Assembly (NCBI GenBank): GCA_963817955.1
Contig: CAWFQK010000002.1
Span: 96,001 to 160,000, forward strand
Origin: an uncultured Gemmatimonadaceae bacterium
Lineage (GTDB): Bacteria; Gemmatimonadota; Gemmatimonadetes; Gemmatimonadales; Gemmatimonadaceae
Reading direction: 5' to 3'
DNA length: 64,000 bases
In this document: positions 28,325 to 35,329 of the stretch, piece after piece
Position numbering within the stretch: position 1 is the first letter of the stretch
How the letters are laid out: every line of letters starts with the position of its first letter
The notes under the pieces: model-generated
What the model was told of the DNA's origin: nothing
Seen by the model: the letters and a program-made list of their open reading frames with translations, nothing else
Database searches by the model: none
Translations under genes and position numbers: made by a program

Positions 28325-28458
28325 TCGCCGCGCGTGCATCACGCTCGCTTTGCGCGCCGCCATCCGATCGAAGCCTCCGCAGGTCCACTCGACTGCCGCG
28401 ATTCGACCGGTGGTGGAGCGACGAGCATTCGCCGCTGCACGGCGTGGTACGTTTCGCC

Positions 28459-28905
28459 ATGTCTATCCAACGGAATTCGGCAAACACCGCACTCTGCTGT
28501 CGTTCGTGCACGGCGATCGCATATTTGCTTCTCGCGTTTGCCGCGCTCCCAGTCCAAAGCTGCGTCACAGGTACCTTCATTCATGTTGAGCCCGGGTCGA
28601 CCGCAGATTCACTGGTATTTCGAGTCGGGGGTGAAGCTGCCGGCTCGAGTCCCCCGGCGATCATCTATGGATTCAGTGTCGTTCGATGCGGCACCGAAGT
28701 CTCTTTCTGGACAATCGCCTCGGACGGGACACGACGGTTTCCGGATCTGATCGTGTTCGGACAAGTCGTTCCGGGATATCCCCCACGCACGGGACCGCTG
28801 CGGTTGGTACCTGGCTGCTATGATGCGGTGGCAACCGGCGCACGGCCGCTCAGGTTCGATGTCGGTACGAAGCGAGACGTCGTCGAACGTGCAGTCCGAC
28901 CTTGA
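28459..28905 (+). CDS. Hypothetical exported protein, possible lipoprotein
   Basis: Hydrophobic stretch ending PVQSC, then a beta-rich domain; start uncertain. Confidence 0.5.
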   Translation: MSIQRNSANTALCCRSCTAIAYLLLAFAALPVQSCVTGTFIHVEPGSTADSLVFRVGGEAAGSSPPAIIYGFSVVRCGTEVSFWTIASDGTRRFPDLIVFGQVVPGYPPRTGPLRLVPGCYDAVATGARPLRFDVGTKRDVVERAVRP

Positions 28906-29061
28906 GCCGGCCCGTTGCGACTACTGGGATCGTGGCCGCCAGCGCGATCAAACCAGCCCTAGCCGAGGACGCGACCGTAGTCGCTCGTCCACAACGGAGC
29001 AATGCCACGACGTTCCCTGGATGTTTGGCATCGACGCGTGCCGCGCGTACTGGAGCATTCT

Positions 29062-29652
29062 ATGAGCGTGAGGCACGTCCTTATCGCGTGCGCAGCGTGC
29101 ACCGCTGCTCTTCTTGTCGACTATTGGGCGTACGTCCATGTCGTTGACCTAAGCGTCTATGACCATGACTGGGGCCGACTGCTTCGCGCCGTTGGTTTTT
29201 GGCCCACGTGGGCCGTAGCGGCGCTTGCCCTATGGTTGAACGATCGAAGCACCGTTCACGATGCGCGACGGCGCGCGCTACTTCTTGCCGCTTCGCCGGG
29301 CATCGCGGGCCTCATCGCCGAATCGCTCAAACTCGTTTTTCGGCGCGAACGACCCGACGCGGGCAACGGCCACTACGTGTTTCGCGCATTCGCTGACCAT
29401 CCCTTCTCATCCGCAGGGATTGGCTCACCCAGCAGCCACGCCGCGGTGGCGTTCGGCGGTGCCGCAATGCTGTCATTCCTGTTCCCTCGCACGCGATGGG
29501 TCTGGCTCGCGCTCGCTGCTGGATGCGGTGTGACTCGTGTGCTCGCACGCGCGCATTTCGCGAGCGACGTCGTGGTCGGGGCACTGGTCGGCTTGGCAAC
29601 GGCAACGTGGCTCCGACGTCGCGGATCATCCGTCGCGATCGAGGCCATCTAA
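29062..29652 (+). CDS. PAP2-family phosphatase
   Basis: KLVFRRERP, PSSH and TRVLARAHFASDV motifs. Confidence 0.88.
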   Translation: MSVRHVLIACAACTAALLVDYWAYVHVVDLSVYDHDWGRLLRAVGFWPTWAVAALALWLNDRSTVHDARRRALLLAASPGIAGLIAESLKLVFRRERPDAGNGHYVFRAFADHPFSSAGIGSPSSHAAVAFGGAAMLSFLFPRTRWVWLALAAGCGVTRVLARAHFASDVVVGALVGLATATWLRRRGSSVAIEAI

Positions 29653-29733
29653 TCTAAGTTGCTCGCAGGGCGCGATCCCGGCGCCCTGCGAGCGCGATGC
29701 CATTAGGAGGATTTGCCTTACGATGAACCACCG

Positions 29734-29874
29734 CTATCGTTTCTGGGCTGTCTGGGCCGAGGCCGATGCCGACGCGTTTTGGGTGTGTTGCTTCTTCGTG
29801 TGTTGATCGAGCTCCTGTTGAGAATCCAAGTGCGCGCCACATATGCGGCAGTCGAATTCATGTGGGTGTGCCAT
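29734..29874 (-). CDS. 46-aa single C2H2 zinc-finger protein
   Basis: FDCRICGAHLDSQQELDQHTKKQH; strong RBS AGGAGAAGGACG-ATG. Confidence 0.7.
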   Translation of the reverse strand: MAHPHEFDCRICGAHLDSQQELDQHTKKQHTQNASASASAQTAQKR

Positions 29875-30062
29875 CGTCCTTCTCCTCAGGCTGGGGCCGG
29901 TACAACACATCTCGCCCAAGATGTATCGTGCGCCGGCCGTCGTCTGTGAAAGCCGCATCATGTTCGGCACAGAACCAGCGGTGAAACGCCGCGTGCGGCG
30001 CGCGGCAGGAACGATTAGATACGAGATTCGCCAACGTATCTCCTTTTCATATCACCGACCGC

Positions 30063-30509
30063 ATGAATAATTCGTCGTCTCCATCCACCATCCGCGCCGC
30101 GCTAGACGGTGACGCTGCAGATCGCGTCGCCGTTTGGACCTCCGTGACGTGCGCCGTCCATTGCGCCTTGATGCCCCTCGTTCTGCCTCTACTCCCTTAT
30201 GCGTTGGGCGGCGTCGTGGGACAAGGTACCGAGCAGGTGTTTCGTGGTGCCGCTTTCGTGCTCGGTGTCTTGAGCCTCGGCCACTCTTATCGGGTTGTAC
30301 ACCGCCAATGGACGCCGCTCTTGCTGTTCGCCGCAGGAATGGCGCTGCTGTTCTTGGCCGCGACGCAGACCGCGATGCATCGCGGCCGCGAGATTGCGCT
30401 CGTGCTGATCGGCGCTTCGACTATCATCTCGGCGCACGTACACAATCTCCGGCTGCGTCGTGACCGGCGAGGTGCCGGCACCTGTGGCTGCGCCTGCCAC
30501 GAGGAGTAG
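30063..30509 (+). CDS. MerC-domain membrane protein
   Basis: DRVAVWTSVTCAVHCALMP, four TMs, AHVHN and a CGCACH tail. Confidence 0.85.
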   Translation: MNNSSSPSTIRAALDGDAADRVAVWTSVTCAVHCALMPLVLPLLPYALGGVVGQGTEQVFRGAAFVLGVLSLGHSYRVVHRQWTPLLLFAAGMALLFLAATQTAMHRGREIALVLIGASTIISAHVHNLRLRRDRRGAGTCGCACHEE

Positions 30510-30650
30510 GTCCTCGTGTACGCAGAGTTCACGCAAACAAAACGCCCAGGCTAGGCCCAACACTCTTCACTTGCGGACGATCCGGATCAGAATACGGACT
30601 TGGTGGACCCGCCGTGGACCGTACCCGATTCACGCCTAGATTGTGGCCAT

Positions 30651-30704
30651 CGACGACACGAGCAGGAGGTCCGTGATGCCTGGAAGCGCCACTTTGGCCG
30701 TTGA
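30651..30704 (+). pseudogene. C-terminal stub of DUF4160-type partner gene
   Basis: RRHEQEVRDAWKRHFGR* overlaps the DUF2442 start, as in DUF4160-DUF2442 pairs; upstream body absent. Confidence 0.5.
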
Positions 30705-30948
30705 GATCACGCACGTGTCACGGCACGGGTTCTGGCTTCTCCTCGACAACGAGGAGTTGCTCTTGTCGTTTGCGGATTTCCCGTGGTTTCGCCAAGCAAC
30801 GATTGACCAACTCCTGAACGTCGAGCGCCCGACCCCGGACCATTTGTATTGGCCGCAGCTCGACGTTGATCTCTCAGTTCGATCCGTGCGAGATCCGTCG
30901 GCGTTTCCCCTGGTCGCGCGAGTCAGGCGCGTTGCTGAAGGCGGCTGA
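30676..30948 (+). CDS. DUF2442 protein (putative antitoxin)
   Basis: VEITHVSRHGFWLL...FPWFRQAT...HLYWPQLDVDLSV. Confidence 0.85.
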   Translation: MPGSATLAVEITHVSRHGFWLLLDNEELLLSFADFPWFRQATIDQLLNVERPTPDHLYWPQLDVDLSVRSVRDPSAFPLVARVRRVAEGG

Positions 30949-30979
30949 CGACCCACCACGCCACGGTCGCATAACACAA

Positions 30980-31012
30980 GAGCGCCGGCCGATCTACGAT
31001 CGGCCGGCGCTC
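30980..31012. terminator. 15-bp hairpin between DUF2442 and tRNA-Gly
   Basis: GAGCGCCGGCCGATC-tac-GATCGGCCGGCGCTC between convergent genes. Confidence 0.6.
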
Positions 31013-31029
31013 GAACCGGGTAGCAAAAG

Positions 31030-31101
<72 letters not shown>

Positions 31102-31109
31102 GTACTGTG

Positions 31110-31138
31110 AACATATCGCCGCAATCCCACCGGAGCAA
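31110..31138 (-). promoter_or_regulatory. Sigma70-like promoter for tRNA-Gly
   Basis: TTGCTC-17-TATGTT. Confidence 0.55.
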
Positions 31139-31427
31139 CACGCCCCGGCTAACACGGGCCCGACTGAAGCGTCTAGATATCGGCATATCGGCACCTGTGG
31201 AGCTCATCGTGAAATGATCGACCAGCGGTATCCTGGCGGCTGCCGAGTGCCAACGACAAGATCGTGCTCGTGTCGATCGGTATGTCGAATTGTCCGCCAG
31301 ATCGGCCGGATCGCGCGCGCTCAAGATCCGGTATCCGAATCTCCAACAGGTCTTCTGCCATTCATCTTGTATGACATGACAACGGCGCCCAATGGCGCCG
31401 TTGTCATCTGCGCGGCCAGCCGGCCCA

Positions 31428-32078
31428 TCACGGCATCGTTTCTGGCGCGGTCAGTGCGACGGCGCGCTGCCCTGCCGTCTCGATCACGAACACCACGCGT
31501 CGATTGAGCTCGGCACCCGGCTGATCGTGCGACGCCCCGGGCGCGACGAGCCGCGTCTTGCCATAGCCGATAGACGACACTTGGTCCTGCGGCAGCCCCT
31601 GGGCAATCAGATACTGACGCACGGCATCGGCGCGCCGGCGAGAGAGGTCGAGATTGTACCGCGCACTGCCGGCCGGATCGGCAAATCCTTCGATGGTCAC
31701 CTTCGATTGCGGATAGTACCGCCGCGCGATCCGGGCGAATCGCTGCAGCGATGCGACGTCCTGGTCGCGTACGGCGGCAGCGTTGAACGCGAAGTTCACG
31801 GGCATTGCGAAGTGGAGTCCGTCTTCCATGGCCGTGATCTTTGCGCCGAACTCGGTCTTCATGGCCTCGAGATCCGTGCGCAACGCCTGCACGTCGCCGC
31901 GCACGCCGCCGAGCTCCTGGCGCAGTGCACTGTCGGTGGCGACACGCTCGGCGCGTTCGCTGGCGATGGCAGAGGCATTGGCGTCGTTGGCACGACGCAG
32001 TTGTTTCGGCGTGACGCATCCAACGGCGAGCACGACGGCGGCAGCACCGAGGACGAAGGACCGGCGAGGGACAATCAT
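31428..32078 (-). CDS. OmpA-family lipoprotein
   Basis: LAVGC lipobox, coiled coil and IEGFADPAGSARYNLDLSRRRA...NRRV. Confidence 0.9.
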   Translation of the reverse strand: MIVPRRSFVLGAAAVVLAVGCVTPKQLRRANDANASAIASERAERVATDSALRQELGGVRGDVQALRTDLEAMKTEFGAKITAMEDGLHFAMPVNFAFNAAAVRDQDVASLQRFARIARRYYPQSKVTIEGFADPAGSARYNLDLSRRRADAVRQYLIAQGLPQDQVSSIGYGKTRLVAPGASHDQPGAELNRRVVFVIETAGQRAVALTAPETMP

Positions 32079-32252
32079 ACGTCGACTCCTGTGAAGATGT
32101 GGGCGGTTCTCTCCGCAGGCGGTGGTGCAAGATCCGAGCACGAAATCACATTTGTGATATTCGTCACGGCGCCGAGATGGTCCGGGTCACACGGCGCGGC
32201 GCGGGCCGGCTTCGTGAGCACGCTGGGATTCTGCGTGGACCAGCGTGGAATA

Positions 32253-32291
32253 GAAAACGCCCCGCAGTGGTCTGAAGACCACGCGGGGCGT
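32253..32291 (-). terminator. Rho-independent terminator of tRNA operon
   Basis: ACGCCCCGCGTGGTC-ttca-GACCACTGCGGGGCGT followed by TTTC. Confidence 0.7.
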
Positions 32292-32307
32292 GCGCTGTTA
32301 CACACAG

Positions 32308-32379
32308 AGCCAGCGGTCAGGATTGAACTGACGACCGCTCGATTACGAATCGAGTGCTCTACCACTGAGCTACGCTGGC
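32308..32379 (-). tRNA. tRNA-Thr(CGT)
   Basis: GCCAGCG acceptor; CTCGA-TT-CGT-AA-TCGAG. Confidence 0.95.
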
Positions 32380-32392
32380 CAACGTTCAGGGA

Positions 32393-32474
32393 TGCCCTGG
32401 CGCGGACTCGAACCGCGACGCCTTGCGGCACCACCCCCTCAAGATGGCGTGTCTACCAATTTCACCACCAGGGC
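32393..32474 (-). tRNA. tRNA-Leu(GAG)
   Basis: GCCCTGG acceptor; CCATC-TT-GAG-GG-GGTGG; long variable arm. Confidence 0.95.
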
Positions 32475-32564
32475 CCAACCAACCACCAGCAAATTGCTAT
32501 TTGATATTCGGAATAAGCCGCTATTACCGACTCTCGAATCGCGTTCACTGCCGGCTGTCCTACA

Positions 32565-32639
32565 CGGGGACGACGGGGTTCGAACCCGCGACCTCTCGAG
32601 TGACAGTCGAGTGCTCTAACCAAACTGAGCTACGTCCCC
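32565..32639 (-). tRNA. tRNA-Asp(GTC)
   Basis: GGGGACG acceptor; CTCGA-CT-GTC-AC-TCGAG. Confidence 0.95.
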
Positions 32640-32717
32640 AACACTCCCACAAAACAACCATACTGCCCTGCATCCTGCCCAGCGAACACCCAACGCCCTA
32701 CCCTGACCCGTTCACAG

Positions 32718-32789
32718 TAGCCCGTAGGGGAATCGAACCCCTCTCTGCACCGTGAAAGGGTGCCGTCCTAACCGATAGACGAACGGGCC
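32718..32789 (-). tRNA. tRNA-Glu(TTC)
   Basis: GGCCCGT acceptor; GCACC-CT-TTC-AC-GGTGC. Confidence 0.95.
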
Positions 32790-32824
32790 CAGGAACCAAC
32801 AATCCTAATCGATCGTGCTGCAAA

Positions 32825-32897
32825 TAGCGGTAACGGGATTCGAACCCGTGTTTGGGCCTTGAGAGGGCCCCGTCCTAGTCCCCTAGACGATACCGCC
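32825..32897 (-). tRNA. tRNA-Glu(CTC)
   Basis: GGCGGTA acceptor; GGGCC-CT-CTC-AA-GGCCC. Confidence 0.95.
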
Positions 32898-32942
32898 GTT
32901 GGCTTGCTCCATCCTCTTTCCCCTTCCTTTGTCAAGCAGATG

Positions 32943-33015
32943 CAGGCCGGGAGGGACTTGAACCCCCAACCGCTGGTTTTGGAGACCAGTGCTCTACCAA
33001 TTGAGCTACCGACCT
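32943..33015 (-). tRNA. tRNA-Trp(CCA)
   Basis: AGGTCGG acceptor; CTGGT-CT-CCA-AA-ACCAG. Confidence 0.95.
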
Positions 33016-33033
33016 AGAATTGCAGTCGTTCAG

Positions 33034-33108
33034 GGTGACTGACGGGAATTGAACCCGCAACCCCCGGTGCCACAGACCGGTGCTCTAACCGATTGAGCTA
33101 CAGTCACC
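33034..33108 (-). tRNA. tRNA-His(GTG)
   Basis: G-1 plus GTGACTG acceptor; CCGGT-CT-GTG-GC-ACCGG. Confidence 0.95.
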
Positions 33109-33169
33109 ATGGACGGTACCGCGCACCTGCCGCGGAACCCTCTCTACGCCTTGCGGCGTAGAGACTTGC

Positions 33170-33198
33170 ATTTTAACCAGACGGCTCTGTCGTATCAA
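33170..33198 (-). promoter_or_regulatory. Sigma70 promoter of tRNA operon
   Basis: TTGATA-17-TAAAAT, followed by a leader hairpin at 33141-33164. Confidence 0.7.
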
Positions 33199-33225
33199 CC
33201 CGACGACCGGCGCCAATCTGCCGAG

Positions 33226-33789
33226 CTACTTCGCGCGCTCCTGATATTCGCCCGTCGCCGGATTGACCTTCACCTTGTCACCAGTGCCGACGAACTCCGG
33301 GACGTTGATCGTCACGCCGTTCTCGAGCTTCGCTGGTTTGGACGAGGCCGTCTTCGTCGCCGTCTTCATGACCGGCGCGGTGTCCACCACTTCGAGCACC
33401 AGCGAATTCGGCATCTTGATGCCCACCGGACGCCCGTCAAAGTACTCGGCCTGGATCTTCATTCCCGGCTGCATCCACTGCGCGTTGTCGCCCAGCATCT
33501 CGTCGTCCATCTCGAGCTGGTCGTAGTTCTCCGTATTCATGAAGTGGTACGTGTCACCACCCTGATACAGGAACTCGAGGTCATGTGTTTCCATCGACGC
33601 CGGATCGATGGAGTCGGCGGCGCGGAAACGATGCTCGAAGCTCGAACCGTTTCGCAGATTCTTGAGCTTCGCCTGCACCATTGCCCGCAGATTGCCGGGC
33701 GTGTGGTGGCGGAACTCGACCACGCGGCATGGCTCGCCCTCGAAGACGATGACCATTCCGCGACGGATCTGAGTTGCCGGGATTGCCAT
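33226..33789 (-). CDS. efp: Elongation factor P
   Basis: 187 aa; EFLYQGGDTYHFMNTENYDQ, KPAKLENG, VPEFVGTGDKVKVN and GEYQERA. Confidence 0.96.
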   Translation of the reverse strand: MAIPATQIRRGMVIVFEGEPCRVVEFRHHTPGNLRAMVQAKLKNLRNGSSFEHRFRAADSIDPASMETHDLEFLYQGGDTYHFMNTENYDQLEMDDEMLGDNAQWMQPGMKIQAEYFDGRPVGIKMPNSLVLEVVDTAPVMKTATKTASSKPAKLENGVTINVPEFVGTGDKVKVNPATGEYQERAK

Positions 33790-33833
33790 AAGGATCAGCC
33801 TAGTTCGTTGGTTGTAAACGCAGACAGCCTTTG

Positions 33834-33862
33834 AACTTATGCAGGATGCCTACCAACGTCAA
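33834..33862 (-). promoter_or_regulatory. Sigma70 promoter of efp
   Basis: TTGACG-17-TAAGTT. Confidence 0.65.
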
Positions 33863-33900
33863 GCTGGACCAGTCCCGTATCCCGTGTCCCCCGCCCCGTC

Positions 33901-34614
33901 CTACTTCCTCAACACCGGCTCCATCGCCTTCCATAGGTTGTCCGCCACGATCCGCTCGCCGGCGTAGTTCGGGTGAACCCCGTCCGCCTGGTTGAGCTCG
34001 CGATGGCCGGCGACGCCTGCCAGCAGGAACGGCAACAGCGTCACGTGCTTCTCCCTGGCTACCGTCGGGTACACGGCGTGAAAGGCGGCTGCATACTTTG
34101 GCCCGAGGTTCGGAAGCGCCTCCATCTGCACCAACAGCACGCGCACGTCGGGACGCGCCGCCTTGATCCTATCCAGCGCCGCCTCGAGGTTGCTGCGCAG
34201 CGCCGCCGGCGGAACTCCGCGTAATCCGTCGTTCGCTCCGGTCTCCAGCACCAGCACGTCGAACGTGCCCTTGAGCAGCCAATCGAGGCGGTCCAGCAGG
34301 CCCGCCGACGTCTCACCGCTCACGCCCGCGTTCACGACATCGTACCGGAACCCAGCAGAATCGAGCTTCCGCTGAATCAGCATTGGATAGGCGCTATCTG
34401 GCTCGAGGCCTAGCCCTGCGGTGAGGCTGGTGCCCACGAAGAGAATCGTCGGACGTGCCGCGCGCGCCGAGGGCCGCAACTGACTCCCTCTAGATTGCGT
34501 AGTAGCAGAGACACGGCTCGAATCGACGCTCCGCCCAGCTTGCTCTTGCTTGGCGCAGCCGGCAAGCGCGCCTGCCACGAGCAGCACGCAGACCGATGTC
34601 CATCGCACGCTCAT
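33901..34614 (-). CDS. tesA: SGNH arylesterase/thioesterase lipoprotein (TesA-like)
   Basis: LAGC lipobox; GTSLTAG, NAGVSGETS, GANDGLRG and DGVHPN. Confidence 0.88.
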   Translation of the reverse strand: MSVRWTSVCVLLVAGALAGCAKQEQAGRSVDSSRVSATTQSRGSQLRPSARAARPTILFVGTSLTAGLGLEPDSAYPMLIQRKLDSAGFRYDVVNAGVSGETSAGLLDRLDWLLKGTFDVLVLETGANDGLRGVPPAALRSNLEAALDRIKAARPDVRVLLVQMEALPNLGPKYAAAFHAVYPTVAREKHVTLLPFLLAGVAGHRELNQADGVHPNYAGERIVADNLWKAMEPVLRK

Positions 34615-34645
34615 TGTCCATCGCCCTTCGCCATTCGCCATTCGC

Positions 34646-35329
34646 ATGCTCATTGCCCGAGACTTGTCCAAGGAATATCGCAGCGGGGAGAATAGGCTCA
34701 CGGTGCTGCGCGACGTGTCGTTCAGCATTCCACAGGGCACCTTCGTCGCCATCGTCGGCCCGTCTGGCAGCGGCAAGACAACGCTGCTCGGACTGCTGGC
34801 CGGACTCGATACCCCGACGCGCGGCCAAGTGTTACTCGGCGACTCCGATCTCACGTCGATGGACGAAGACCAGCGTGCGCGGCTGCGCGGCGAACAGGTG
34901 GGGTTCGTCTTTCAGAGTTTCCAGTTGATCTCCACGCTCACCGCCCTGGAGAACGTACAGGTTCCGCTCGAGCTGCGCGGCGACCGTGGCGCCAGGGAGC
35001 GCGCGGCGGAATTGCTCGACCGCGTCGGACTTGGCGACCGCTTGCATCATTTCCCCACACAGCTCTCTGGCGGCGAACAACAGCGCGTCGCCATCGCGCG
35101 TGCCTTCGCCAACGCCCCACGCATTCTCTTCGCTGACGAACCGACCGGCAATCTCGACAGCGACACGGGCTCACACGTCATTGAATTGCTCGAGACGCTG
35201 AACCGCGAATCGAATACGACCGTCATCCTGGTGACGCACGATCCGGCGCTCGCCGCGCGGACACAGCGCATCATCCGCCTGAGCGACGGCCGCGTCATCT
35301 CCGACACCGAAACCGAGCGCGCGGCCTGA
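34646..35329 (+). CDS. ybbA: ABC transporter ATP-binding protein (YbbA-like)
   Basis: GPSGSGKT, LSGGEQQRV and ADEPTGNLD; divergent from tesA. Confidence 0.88.
   Translation: MLIARDLSKEYRSGENRLTVLRDVSFSIPQGTFVAIVGPSGSGKTTLLGLLAGLDTPTRGQVLLGDSDLTSMDEDQRARLRGEQVGFVFQSFQLISTLTALENVQVPLELRGDRGARERAAELLDRVGLGDRLHHFPTQLSGGEQQRVAIARAFANAPRILFADEPTGNLDSDTGSHVIELLETLNRESNTTVILVTHDPALAARTQRIIRLSDGRVISDTETERAA

Noticed and set aside
6746..31027. Integrase, transposase or integron attC array in the island
   Set aside because: No tyrosine/serine recombinase or DDE motifs in any ORF; the hairpins lack the GTTRRRY/RYYYAAC attC ends.
33861..33869. AAGCTGGAC as a further att copy
   Set aside because: Only 9 nt, opposite orientation and overlapping the efp promoter; expected by chance.
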